This document shows, in pieces, positions 51,550-60,726 of a stretch of 64,000 bases of DNA. The stretch is from positions 66,380 through 130,379 of the forward strand of contig NZ_JBILJW010000002.1 of NCBI RefSeq assembly GCF_044377035.1, read 5' to 3'. Each line of letters opens with the position of its first letter. Position 1 is the stretch's first letter. The DNA is from Silanimonas sp. (GTDB lineage: Bacteria > Pseudomonadota > Gammaproteobacteria > Xanthomonadales > Xanthomonadaceae). Below the pieces are notes generated by a model, which was not told where the DNA came from, did not search any database, and saw only the letters and a program-made list of their open reading frames with translations. The position numbers were made by a program, and so were the translations under genes.

Positions 51550-52713
51550 ATGCTCGCTTTCCTCCTTGGCGCCACCGCGCTGATCGCCCTCGCCCTCGCC
51601 TTCGTGTTGCCGACGCTGTGGAACAGCGCGCGTCGCAGCGCATTCGCCCTGCTGGTCGCCGTGCCGATCAGCGCAGCCGCGCTTTACGCCGGTTTCGGCA
51701 CGCCGGATGCGCTCGACCCGGCGAATCGTGCCGTGCCGGAATCGATCGAGCAGGCCGTCGTGCAGCTCGAACGCCGCCTCGAGCGCGAACCGGACAGCCT
51801 CGAAGGCTGGGTGCTGCTTGGCCGTACCCGCAAGAACCAGGGCCGCGAGACCGCCTCGGCCGGCGATTTCGCCGCCGCCATGCCGCATTTCGCTGCCGCG
51901 GCCGCGGCGTTCCGCAAAGCACGCGTGCTTGCGCCGCACGAGCCTGATTTGCTCGTGGAAACCGCCGAGGCCATCTCGCTCTCGAACGCCGAGCGCGCCT
52001 TCGGCCCCGAGGGGACGGCACTGCTCGACGAGGCGCTCGCGAAGGTGCCGAACCACCAACGTGCGCTGTGGTTCCGCGGCATCGCCGCCCTGCAGGCCGG
52101 CGATGGCGCTGGCGCGGTAGCGCGCTGGGAAGCGCTGCTGCCGATGGTCGACGCGGCGACGGCCCAAGCACTCGTCGAGCAGATCGGCGGCGCCCGCGAA
52201 GCCGCCGGCCTGCCGCCGATGGACCCCGCCTTGATCGCCGCAGCCGACGCCGCGCGGGCCAACGCGCCCGTCGCAGCGGACGCCCCCCCGACCACTGCGC
52301 CAACGACGAACGAGCCAGCGCCCGGGACGCCTGGAACCCTGACGGTAACGATCAGCGCCGACGCCGAGGCGGTTGCCGCCTTGCCGCCGCAGGCCGTGCT
52401 GTTCGTGTTCGCCCGCAATGCCGATGCCGCCGGTCCGCCGGTGGCGGCGCGGCGCGTGCCGGCCGCGCGACTGCCGATCACGATCACGCTCAGCGACGCC
52501 GACCGGCTGATGCCCACGTCGACGCTTTCCGCCACGCCGCGCGTCGAGGTCTCCGCCCGTTTTGCCCGCTCCGGCTCGGTGCAGCCGGAAGCCGGCGATC
52601 TCGTCGCGCCTCCCGTCGTGGTCGAACTGGCGCAGGCCGCGCCGATCTCGCTGGCGCTGGCGCCGAGCGACGCCCCCACCGACGCCGCGCGCGCGCCGAC
52701 GTTCGGCCCTTAA
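51550..52713 (+). CDS. ccmI: Cytochrome c biogenesis TPR protein CcmI/CycH
   Basis: Two N-terminal TM segments, then TPR-like repeats (LEGWVLLGRTRKNQGR ...). Position directly after ccmH. Ala/Pro-rich C-terminal half. Confidence 0.75.
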   Translation: MLAFLLGATALIALALAFVLPTLWNSARRSAFALLVAVPISAAALYAGFGTPDALDPANRAVPESIEQAVVQLERRLEREPDSLEGWVLLGRTRKNQGRETASAGDFAAAMPHFAAAAAAFRKARVLAPHEPDLLVETAEAISLSNAERAFGPEGTALLDEALAKVPNHQRALWFRGIAALQAGDGAGAVARWEALLPMVDAATAQALVEQIGGAREAAGLPPMDPALIAAADAARANAPVAADAPPTTAPTTNEPAPGTPGTLTVTISADAEAVAALPPQAVLFVFARNADAAGPPVAARRVPAARLPITITLSDADRLMPTSTLSATPRVEVSARFARSGSVQPEAGDLVAPPVVVELAQAAPISLALAPSDAPTDAARAPTFGP

Positions 52714-52743
52714 GCTGAGCGGCCCCGGCGCGTCCTCTCACGA

Positions 52744-53886
52744 ATGACCGAATTCATTCCACCCGGCACGCGATTCATCGCGCTGCCCTCGCCCTTCCCG
52801 ATGAAGCGCGGTGGCGCGCTGCTCAGTGCGCGGCTTGCCTTCGAGACCTGGGGCGACTTGAACGCCGCGCGTGACAACGCCTTGCTGATCCTGCCGGGCC
52901 TTTCCCCGAACGCCCATGCCGCGAGCAACGACGGCAACGCGGCGGAGGGATGGTGGGAGGGCATGCTCGGACCGGGCAAGGCCATCGACACGACCCGCTG
53001 GTTCGTCATCTGCGTGAACCCGCTCGGCAGTTGCAAGGGCTCGACGGGGGCGGCCTCGGCGCATCCGGACGACAGCGAGCTTTACCGCCTGCGCTTTCCC
53101 GACCTGAGCGTCGAGGACGGCGCGGATGCGGCGGCGCACCTCGTGCGCGCGCTGGGCATCGACCGCCTCGACACGGTGATCGGCAACTCCATGGGCGGCA
53201 TGAGCGCGCTGGCGCTGCTACTGCGCCATCCGGGCATCGCCCGCCGCCACGTCAACATCAGCGGCAGTGCCCGTTCGCTGCCCTTCTCCATCGCCATCCG
53301 CTCGCTGCAGCGCGAGGCCATCCGCCTCGACCCGCGCTGGGCGGACGGCCAGTACACCGAAGCCAGCTACCCCGAGAGCGGCATGCGCATGGCGCGCAAG
53401 CTTGGCGTGGTCACTTATCGCTCAGCGATGGAATGGGACGGCCGCTTCGGCCGCGTGAAGTTCGACGCCGAGTGCCGCGAGGACGACCCCTTCGGCCCGG
53501 AGTTCGAGGTGGAGCGCTACCTCGAAGGCCACGCCCAGCGCTTCGTGCGCCAGTTCGACCCGAACGCCTACCTCTACCTTTCCCGCTCGATGGACTGGTT
53601 CGACGCCGCCGACTACGCGCCGGGCGCCTCGCGTGGCGACGGGGCCGACGAAGACGCCAAGGTCATCGCCGCCCTGGCGACGGTGCGGCTCGAGAAGGCA
53701 CTGGCCATCGGCGTGCATACCGACATCCTTTTCCCACTGCAGCAGCAGGAGCAGATTGCCGAGGGCTTCCGCGCCGGTGGCGTCGACAGCCGCTTCCTGC
53801 CCCTGCCCTCGCCGCAAGGCCATGACGCCTTCTTGGTCGATCTCGCGCGGTTCGGACCGGCGGTGCGCGACTTCCTCGAGGCCTGA
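52744..53886 (+). CDS. Second MetX-family O-acyltransferase (full-length type, 380 aa)
   Basis: FPMKRGGALLSARLAFETWGDLNAARDNALLILPGLSPNAHAAS ... WWEGMLGPGKAIDTTRWFVICVNPLGSCKGSTG ... VIGNSMGGMSALA ... GHDAFLVD. Classical MetX architecture. Acceptor/acyl specificity not determinable by eye. Confidence 0.8.
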   Translation: MTEFIPPGTRFIALPSPFPMKRGGALLSARLAFETWGDLNAARDNALLILPGLSPNAHAASNDGNAAEGWWEGMLGPGKAIDTTRWFVICVNPLGSCKGSTGAASAHPDDSELYRLRFPDLSVEDGADAAAHLVRALGIDRLDTVIGNSMGGMSALALLLRHPGIARRHVNISGSARSLPFSIAIRSLQREAIRLDPRWADGQYTEASYPESGMRMARKLGVVTYRSAMEWDGRFGRVKFDAECREDDPFGPEFEVERYLEGHAQRFVRQFDPNAYLYLSRSMDWFDAADYAPGASRGDGADEDAKVIAALATVRLEKALAIGVHTDILFPLQQQEQIAEGFRAGGVDSRFLPLPSPQGHDAFLVDLARFGPAVRDFLEA

Positions 53887-53908
53887 GGGGCTATACTTCG
53901 CGGGCCCG

Positions 53909-53995
53909 GCCGGGCTGGCGGAATCGGTAGACGCAGCGGACTCAAAATCCGCCGCCCTTAAAAGCGTGTGGGTTCGAGTCCCACGCCCGGCACCA
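53909..53995 (+). tRNA. tRNA-Leu (anticodon CAA)
   Basis: Acceptor stem GCCGGGC/GCCCGGC, D-arm GGCGGAATCGGTAGACGC, anticodon loop cuCAAaa, long variable arm, T-arm GTGGGTTCGAGTCCCAC, encoded CCA. Confidence 0.9.
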
Positions 53996-54006
53996 CATCC
54001 AACGAC

Positions 54007-54037
54007 GAACCCCGCCGCGCGCGGGGTTCATCGTTTT
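54007..54037 (+). terminator. Rho-independent terminator after tRNA-Leu
   Basis: GAACCCCGCcgcgcGCGGGGTTCatcgtttt. Confidence 0.7.
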
Positions 54038-54050
54038 CCGGCCGACAACC

Positions 54051-54557
54051 TCAAGCCTCGCCGCGAATCGCGCGCAGTGCCGCCTCGAGCAGCGCGGGCG
54101 CCGACACCGTCGCATCGAGATGCACCACGCCGTCCTCGCCCACGGGCGGATCGAATCGCCCCGCCACGGCATGCGCCAGGCCCGGCTGGCGGTCGCGTGG
54201 CGCATCGTGGTGGTCGGTGGCGATGCGTTTCGCCGCGACGTCGGGCGGCAGGTCGAGCCAGAGCAGCACGAAGGGCGCACCGAGCGACGCCGCCAATTCG
54301 TGCAGCTCGTGGCGCTCCGCACGGGTCGCCAGCGTGGCACCGTCCACGACCACCTTGGCCCCGGTGCGCAGCAGCAGGCTGACATCGAGGCGTACGATCT
54401 CGAAGGCTGCCCGCTTTGCCGCGCGATCGTCCCACTCCGGGAATTCGGCCATGCGGATCGTGTCGCGCGAGACGATCTCGGCATGCAGGCGCACCTGCAG
54501 GCCTTTCGCGAGCGTGGACTTTCCGGCGCCGGGCAATCCGGCGAGGGCGATCAACAT
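54051..54557 (-). CDS. P-loop kinase-like protein (AAA_33 type)
   Basis: MLIALAGLPGAGKSTLA Walker A at the extreme N terminus. 168 aa. No other recognisable domain. Confidence 0.65.
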   Translation of the reverse strand: MLIALAGLPGAGKSTLAKGLQVRLHAEIVSRDTIRMAEFPEWDDRAAKRAAFEIVRLDVSLLLRTGAKVVVDGATLATRAERHELHELAASLGAPFVLLWLDLPPDVAAKRIATDHHDAPRDRQPGLAHAVAGRFDPPVGEDGVVHLDATVSAPALLEAALRAIRGEA

Positions 54558-54624
54558 GAGGCGTCGGATCGGTGCGGCGTGCTTCGAACCATAGCCCGAC
54601 CGCGATGCCGTTTACGAGACGCCG

Positions 54625-55092
54625 TCACCATTCCGGCCACCAGCCCCGTCCACTTCGCGCATAGCGATCGGCCGCGCGCTCGAAGCGGTTGCGGGCGCTG
54701 ATGCCACCCGAGATCAGATAAGCGAAGGGGAACAGCGGCCCCAGCACCAGCGCCTGCCGCACATGCGCCAATTCGTGGCGGCCGAGATGCACGCGCTCGG
54801 TCCGGAACAGGGCCGGCGAATCGCGACGCGCGGCGTCGCGGGCCCGGTAGCTCGGCACGCGGAGATCGAGCGTCGGCAGGCGGCTGAGCACCACCTGCCC
54901 CAGCGCGAGGGCGCCCATCGGGCCGAACGGAAACCGCGTGACCACCAGCATGGGGCCGAGGGTCGAGAACCGCGCGCCGAAGGGCCAGGCCATGAGGCCC
55001 ATCACCAGCATCGGCGCGGTCAGCGGCAGGGCCCAGAGCGCGCCGGCGACGCCGGAAATCGCGCGTGCGAGGCGCCGGAGCGACGCGGCCAT
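54625..55092 (-). CDS. Hypothetical membrane protein with HExxH motif
   Basis: 155 aa. Two or three hydrophobic segments, GRHELAHVRQ (HExxH), Trp-rich end GRGWWPEW. Last gene of a tightly packed 4-gene minus-strand cluster. Confidence 0.55.
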   Translation of the reverse strand: MAASLRRLARAISGVAGALWALPLTAPMLVMGLMAWPFGARFSTLGPMLVVTRFPFGPMGALALGQVVLSRLPTLDLRVPSYRARDAARRDSPALFRTERVHLGRHELAHVRQALVLGPLFPFAYLISGGISARNRFERAADRYARSGRGWWPEW

Positions 55093-55096
55093 CGCT

Positions 55097-55873
55097 TCAA
55101 TCCGCGGCGAAGAAGCGACGCAAGGATGCGTCGTACTCGGGGAACACCTGCACGTTGCTGTGCTGCGCCTGCTCGAGGCGAAGCGCCTCGGGGGTCCGGG
55201 GCATGGCGGCGATCAGCGCCTCCGCATGTGCGGGTGGCGTGACATTGTCCTGGCCGGCGATGACGACGAAGGTCGGCATGCCGAGCTTCGGTGCGCGGCG
55301 CCAGCTCTCGAACGGATCCTTGAGCAGCCACGCCAGCGGTACCCACGGGTAATGCCCCTGCCCCACCCGCAGCACGCTGTCGAACGGCGTCACCAGGGCG
55401 AGCCGGCGCACCGGGCGCACCGCGGCCACGTGCACCGCGACGCCGCTGCCGAGGCTACGGCCGAACACATCGACGTCCGCATACGATCGCGCCACGTGGT
55501 CGAACAGCGCGATGGCGTCGGCGGCCAGCGCGGCCTCGCTGGGCTCGCCGCCGCTGTGCCCGTAGCCTCGGTAGGACACGAGGTAGACGCTGTGATCCGG
55601 CGCCCAGGTCGCGACGTCGTCGCGACTCAGGGAGATGTCTTCGCCATTGCCGCCGAAATACAGCAGGGCCCGCGGCTGGCCCGGATTCACCACCCAGCCG
55701 CGAAGCGTCGCGCCCTCGGCCTCGAACTGGAACTCCGGCGCCAGCGGCGGATTGCGCGTCAACTGCGGATAGAACAGCAGGCTGCGCTGCTTGCTGTACA
55801 TCAGGGCGACCAGGGCCGCATACAGGCAGGCCGCCATGCCGATGAAGAGACCGAGCGTGCGCCAGGCGCTCAT
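55097..55873 (-). CDS. Alpha/beta hydrolase (membrane-anchored)
   Basis: N-terminal TM, LLYFGGNGED, nucleophile elbow FGRSLGSG, late D/H region (VIAGQDNV ... AQHSN). Confidence 0.75.
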   Translation of the reverse strand: MSAWRTLGLFIGMAACLYAALVALMYSKQRSLLFYPQLTRNPPLAPEFQFEAEGATLRGWVVNPGQPRALLYFGGNGEDISLSRDDVATWAPDHSVYLVSYRGYGHSGGEPSEAALAADAIALFDHVARSYADVDVFGRSLGSGVAVHVAAVRPVRRLALVTPFDSVLRVGQGHYPWVPLAWLLKDPFESWRRAPKLGMPTFVVIAGQDNVTPPAHAEALIAAMPRTPEALRLEQAQHSNVQVFPEYDASLRRFFAAD

Positions 55874-56451
55874 GGGCGCACCGATTCGACCGATTCCACC
55901 CGGCCGTCGCTGAGCATGACGCGGGCGAGGAAGCGCGAGTCATCGCGGCGGAACCACCACTCCTCGCGAGGCCTCGGCTGGACGCGGGCCTGGCCGAAAC
56001 CGTCGCGGATGATCTGGTCGGCATAGGTCGTGCGGCGACGGAGTGGCGCACCGCAGCGCAGCACCACTTCGCCCTCGCTGAGGCCGCGCTGCAGTGCGGT
56101 GGACGTGCAGCGCCCGCCCACGCGCGGCTGCCCGTAGCCGAGGGTTTCCTCGGCCTCCAGCACGCCGTCGACGAAACGCAGGCGCACCGTGAGCCGACTG
56201 GGCCCGAAGTTGTAGTACCAGTCCTCGATGCGGCGCTCGACGCGCTGCTCGATCAGGCCGCCCTCGCCGCGGATCAGGAACTCGCCGCGGGGCGCACGCC
56301 AGTAGGGTTCGCCGCAGCGCGACAGCACCTGCGCGTCGAGCGCACCGCGATCGACCACGCGCGAGCCGCAGCGCAGGGCACTGGCCGGCATCGCGGTGGA
56401 GAACGCCGCAGCGCCGAGCAGCACGAGCAGCGGCGCGCGGCGCAGTGACAT
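55870..56451 (-). CDS. DUF2845-like periplasmic protein (two repeats)
   Basis: Signal peptide, then two copies of the pattern C-G-x-x-V-x-x-G-x-x-x-x-x-V-L-x-x-CG-x-P (RCGSRVVDRGALDAQVLSRCGEP and RCTSTALQRGLSEGEVVLRCGAP). Overlaps both neighbours. Confidence 0.6.
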   Translation of the reverse strand: MSLRRAPLLVLLGAAAFSTAMPASALRCGSRVVDRGALDAQVLSRCGEPYWRAPRGEFLIRGEGGLIEQRVERRIEDWYYNFGPSRLTVRLRFVDGVLEAEETLGYGQPRVGGRCTSTALQRGLSEGEVVLRCGAPLRRRTTYADQIIRDGFGQARVQPRPREEWWFRRDDSRFLARVMLSDGRVESVESVRP

Positions 56452-57938
56452 CAGCCGCGGCAGCCGGAGAGGCTGAGGCGCTGGCCCGGCCGCAAGGCGT
56501 AGGGCGAGCGCAGGCCGTTCACGCGAGCGACGGTCTGCGCGCTGCAGCCATGCCGGCGCGCGATGCCGCTGAGCGTATCGCCGCGGCGCACCGTGTAGCG
56601 CGAGCCCGTGGCCACGGCCTCACGCGGCGCCGGCCCCGCCTCGGGCTTGCGCGCATTCACGAGGGCCAGCGCCCGCTCGGCACGCGAGCCACTGACGCAA
56701 CCGGCGTCGTAGAGCGGCATCACGACGACCGGCACGCGGAGCTCGGTGCCGGCCGGCAGCACGGCTTCCGGCAGCCAGCGCGGGTTGAGGTTGCGCAGCG
56801 CGCGGAAGTAGCCGTAGCGCGATTCGCCGTTGCCAATGCAGATGGTGAGCTGGTTGATCGACGCCGGCTGCTTCAATGCCAGCACGGTGGCCGCCCCGTT
56901 CACCGACGGGAATTCGAGGCCGTACTCCTCCGGGTGCAGGAACAGCCACGCCGCCGACAGGATGTAGGGCACGTAGTCGCGGGTTTCCTTCGGCAGCGCG
57001 TTGTAGACCGCCGGGTCCCAGAACGACTTGCCGGGGTTCTGCCGCGCTAGGCGGCCGACGCGTCCTTCGCCACCGTTGTAGGCGGCGAGCGCCAGCTCGA
57101 GGTTGTGGCCCAGCTCGGCGAAGCGCTCGTTGAGGTACTGCGTGCTGGCTCGCGAGGCGAGCTGCGGCTCGAAGCGGGTGTCGTAGCCGTCCTGCCAGCC
57201 GAGGCCGAAACGCCGCCCGGTGGCCGGCATGAACTGCATCAGGCCCGCCGCGCCCGCGGGGGAAATCGCGTGCACGCGGCCGCCGGATTCGCGGGCCATG
57301 ATCGCGAACAGCAGGGCCTCCGGAAGGCCCGCCCGCTCGTACTCCGGCCACATCAGGAAGCGCATGTACTGGTACTGCTCGTGCGCGTTGATGAGCTGCG
57401 GGCGCAGGGCGGTGAGCCATTCCGCCATCGCGGCACGCACGGCTTCGTTCTGCACGATCAACTCGCGCAGGTCGCGGCCGTTCAGCTGGTTCAGCGTGTC
57501 GGCGGCGTTCGGGAATGCCTCGACGACCGGCGAAGCCTGCGCCGGCCCTGCCGCCGCCGGATCAGCTTCGGCCTCGTTCGCGCCCTCGCCCGCCACGCTT
57601 GTGCGGGCGCCGAGCAGGGCGTCGAAGCGGGACACCAGGCGATCGGCCTCGCAGCCCTCGATGCGCCTGCAGCGCTCCACCAGGTCGAACATCCGGTCCA
57701 TGGCGCGCTGCGCCGCGCGCTTGCCCGGGCGACGCTCGCCGCCGGCCGCCTGCGCCACGCCGTCGCGGTAGGCCTTCGCCGCCGCCTCGAAATCCACGTA
57801 CAGGGATTCCTGCTCGGCCTCCGTGCCGGGATCCGCCGACGACGGCGCCGCCATCACCGCGGGGACACAGGCCAAGGCCACCACCGCCAACGCGGAAGGG
57901 AGCCCCGGGACGCAACGCAGGAAACGACGCATGGACAC
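56451..57938 (-). CDS. Lytic murein transglycosylase with C-terminal LysM (MltD-like)
   Basis: SLT domain motifs LLFAIMARESGG ... AGLMQFMPATG ... AAYNGGEGRV. C-terminal LysM YTVRRGDTLSGIARRHG ... PGQRLSL. Signal peptide present. Confidence 0.85.
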   Translation of the reverse strand: MSMRRFLRCVPGLPSALAVVALACVPAVMAAPSSADPGTEAEQESLYVDFEAAAKAYRDGVAQAAGGERRPGKRAAQRAMDRMFDLVERCRRIEGCEADRLVSRFDALLGARTSVAGEGANEAEADPAAAGPAQASPVVEAFPNAADTLNQLNGRDLRELIVQNEAVRAAMAEWLTALRPQLINAHEQYQYMRFLMWPEYERAGLPEALLFAIMARESGGRVHAISPAGAAGLMQFMPATGRRFGLGWQDGYDTRFEPQLASRASTQYLNERFAELGHNLELALAAYNGGEGRVGRLARQNPGKSFWDPAVYNALPKETRDYVPYILSAAWLFLHPEEYGLEFPSVNGAATVLALKQPASINQLTICIGNGESRYGYFRALRNLNPRWLPEAVLPAGTELRVPVVVMPLYDAGCVSGSRAERALALVNARKPEAGPAPREAVATGSRYTVRRGDTLSGIARRHGCSAQTVARVNGLRSPYALRPGQRLSLSGCRG

Positions 57939-58058
57939 TCGCAGGAACGCTCGAAAACAAGGCTTGCAGCCTACCGGCGCCCCGCCCCCCGCTCAACCGG
58001 AATCCGACAGCGGAACGACGACCGCTACACTCGCGCGGACCCCACGCGGAACGGAACC

Positions 58059-59585
58059 GTGACGACGCCAGCCCCCGACGCCCTCCTGCTCGGCCATGCC
58101 GAAGACCGCCCCATCACGCTGCCGCTGAAGTTCGGCAATCGCCACGGCCTGATCGCTGGCGCGACGGGAACGGGCAAGACCGTCTCCGTGCTTCGCCTCG
58201 TCGAAGGCTTTGCCAAGGCGGGCGTGCCCGTGGTGATCGCCGACGTGAAGGGCGATGTCGCGGGGCTCGGCATGGCCGGCGCGATGAACCCGAAACTGCA
58301 GGCGCGCCTGGACGCCCTGAAACTCTCGGATTTCGGCTTCGCGGCGCTGCCCGTCGCGTTCTGGGACCTGTTCGGCGTGAACGGCCATCCGCTGCGCACG
58401 ACGGTGAGCGAGATCGGCCCGACCTTGCTGTCGCGGATCCTCGAGCTGTCCGACGCCCAGGGCGGTGTGCTCGACATCGCCTTCGCCCTCGCCGATGCGG
58501 AAGGGCTGCTGCTGCTCGACATGGACGACCTGCGCGCCTTGCTGGGCTTCATCGGCGAGAACCGCGAGCTCATCTCGAAGACCTATGGCCTCGTCTCGTC
58601 GCAGAGCCTCGCCGCGCTGCAGCGGGCGCTGCTGAAGTTCGAGCAGGAGGGCGCGCGCAGCCTTCTCGGCGAACCGGCCCTGCAGCTCGGCGACCTGATG
58701 CGCACGGCCCCCGACGGCCGCGGCACGGTGAACGTGATCGCCGCCGAGACTCTGGTGTTGAAGCCGCGCCTGTACGCGAGCTTCCTGCTGTGGCTGCTGT
58801 CCGAACTGTTCGAGACCCTTCCCGAGGTCGGCGACCTCGACAAGCCGAAGCTGGTGTTCGTGTTCGACGAAGCCCACCTGCTGTTCGCCGACTGCCCGCC
58901 CTCGCTGCAGCAACGCATCGAGCAGGTCGTGCGCCTGATCCGCTCGAAGGGCGTGGGCGTGTACTTCTGCACGCAGAGCCCCTCCGACATCCCGGACGTC
59001 GTGCTGGCCCAGCTGGGCCATCGCATCCAGCATGCGCTGCGCGCCTTCACCCCGCGCGACCAGAAGGCCGTGCGCGTCGCCGCCGAGACCTTCGTGCCCA
59101 ACCCGGCCCTCGACACGGCCCGAGCGATTTCCGAACTGGGCGTTGGCGAAGCGCTGGTCTCGACCCTGCAGGGCGGCGGCCAGCCATCGATGGTCGAACG
59201 CACCCTGATGGCGCCGCCTGGCTGCCGTCTCGGTGCGATCTCTCCGGACGAACGCGCGGCGCTGCGTGCACAGAGCGGCTTGGCCGGCCGTTACGACACA
59301 CCGCTGGATCGCGATTCGGCCTCGGAAATGCTCGAACGCCGCGCGGCGCAGGCGGCAACCGAGGCAGGTCGTGATGACGGCGCGCCGGCATCGACTCGCG
59401 GCAGCGGCAGCGCCACGCCCGAGGCCAAGCCGGGCGGCCGCCTCAACGATTTCCTCTGGGGCACGGGCCGTCGGCAGGGCGCCGTCGAAGCCATGACGAA
59501 ATCCGCGGCACGCACGGTCGGCAACCAACTGGGCCGCTCGCTGCTGCGCGGCCTGCTCGGGGGCTTATTGGGTGGGCGTCGGTGA
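58059..59585 (+). CDS. HerA-like ATPase (YjgR/DUF853 family)
   Basis: GNRHGLIAGATGTGKTVS Walker A, VFVFDEAHLLF Walker B, YFCTQSPSDIP. GTG 58059 inside track ORF 57105..59585. 508 aa, close to my recollection of E. coli YjgR at roughly 500 aa. Confidence 0.8.
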   Translation: MTTPAPDALLLGHAEDRPITLPLKFGNRHGLIAGATGTGKTVSVLRLVEGFAKAGVPVVIADVKGDVAGLGMAGAMNPKLQARLDALKLSDFGFAALPVAFWDLFGVNGHPLRTTVSEIGPTLLSRILELSDAQGGVLDIAFALADAEGLLLLDMDDLRALLGFIGENRELISKTYGLVSSQSLAALQRALLKFEQEGARSLLGEPALQLGDLMRTAPDGRGTVNVIAAETLVLKPRLYASFLLWLLSELFETLPEVGDLDKPKLVFVFDEAHLLFADCPPSLQQRIEQVVRLIRSKGVGVYFCTQSPSDIPDVVLAQLGHRIQHALRAFTPRDQKAVRVAAETFVPNPALDTARAISELGVGEALVSTLQGGGQPSMVERTLMAPPGCRLGAISPDERAALRAQSGLAGRYDTPLDRDSASEMLERRAAQAATEAGRDDGAPASTRGSGSATPEAKPGGRLNDFLWGTGRRQGAVEAMTKSAARTVGNQLGRSLLRGLLGGLLGGRR

Positions 59586-60715
59586 ACGAGGACTGGCGCA
59601 CGCGCGGCCAAGTGCATGACCGCGGCGTCGCCGACCAGCCGCCGTACTGGCGCGATGCCGAGCACGTCATCCGCTACCCCTGGCTGGGGAGCAACGGCAT
59701 GGTCATCGGCGTGCTGTCGATGATCGCCAGCGTCCAGATCGTGCCGGTGATCGGCGCGTTCGCCTCGCTGTTCCTGCTCCTCGCGGTGCCGAAGCACGCG
59801 TTGGAAGTCCTGCGCGATTCCGCCCATGGCCACCGCGAACCTCCGCGCTTCGGCCTCGATGTCGGCGATCGCGCGGTGTTCGCGTTCCTGGCACTGCTCC
59901 TCGCCTTCGCCGTCGTTCATCTCGCGCTGACGATGTTCGCACCCGGTCCCTGGCCCGCCGCGTGGCGGCTGCTGATGGCGACGGTGCTGCCCCTGATCGC
60001 GATGTCGCTCGCCATCGATGAGCACATCGGCCGCGCCATCAATCCAGTGTTCTGGGTGGAGGTGCTGGCCCGCGTCGGCCTGCCCTACCTCGGCGCCATC
60101 CTCCTCGTCTGGCTGGGGCTCGGCTTCGGACTGCAGGGGGCGGCCTGGCTCGACCGCGTGCTGCCCCCGTTCTTCGGTGCGATGGTCTCCACCGCCATCG
60201 CCCTGTGGGTGCTGTTCATGGCCGCGCACGTGTGTGGCCGGCTGGTGTTCCAGTACCGGGATGCCCTGGGCTTCACGCCGTCGGGGCCGGAACAACCGGA
60301 GAAGCTGCACTTCAGCCGCGATCATCGGCTTGAGGACCGCATCACGGCGATGCTCCGTGATGGGAAGACCGCCGAGGCGAGGAAGGCGCTGGAGGAAGAA
60401 CTCCGCGAGCGCGCCGTGTCGACGCGCCTGCATCGCCATTACCGGCAGCTGCTTCGCGACGCCCGCGACACCCCCGCGCTTCTCGCGCACGGCCGGCAAT
60501 GGCTGCACCAGAAGATCGTCGAAGGCGATGCGCGGGGGGCACTGTCCCTCGTGCAGGAATGCCTCGATCTTGACCCTTCCTTCACGCCACTCGAAACCAC
60601 CGACTGGCCCCCGGTCATCGCCGCGGCCGAACGCGCTGGCCTCCAGCGCCTCGCGGAAGCGGCGCGCAGCGCACAGTTGGGGCGGCCTCCGGCACAATCG
60701 GGCCCTTCCTCCTGA
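59582..60715 (+). CDS. Hypothetical polytopic membrane protein with helical (TPR-like) C-terminal domain
   Basis: GTG start overlaps the YjgR-like stop (GTGA). About 6 TM segments, then a soluble helical region ([30 protein letters not shown]...). Confidence 0.6.
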   Translation: MNEDWRTRGQVHDRGVADQPPYWRDAEHVIRYPWLGSNGMVIGVLSMIASVQIVPVIGAFASLFLLLAVPKHALEVLRDSAHGHREPPRFGLDVGDRAVFAFLALLLAFAVVHLALTMFAPGPWPAAWRLLMATVLPLIAMSLAIDEHIGRAINPVFWVEVLARVGLPYLGAILLVWLGLGFGLQGAAWLDRVLPPFFGAMVSTAIALWVLFMAAHVCGRLVFQYRDALGFTPSGPEQPEKLHFSRDHRLEDRITAMLRDGKTAEARKALEEELRERAVSTRLHRHYRQLLRDARDTPALLAHGRQWLHQKIVEGDARGALSLVQECLDLDPSFTPLETTDWPPVIAAAERAGLQRLAEAARSAQLGRPPAQSGPSS

Positions 60716-60726
60716 AACCCTCTCCG

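Noticed and set aside
53909-57938. Possible genomic island integrated at tRNA-Leu.
   Set aside because: I saw no integrase, excisionase or transposase downstream, and no direct repeat of the tRNA 3' end. The downstream genes have the same GC-rich character and look like ordinary envelope and housekeeping functions. A proper repeat search was not possible by eye.
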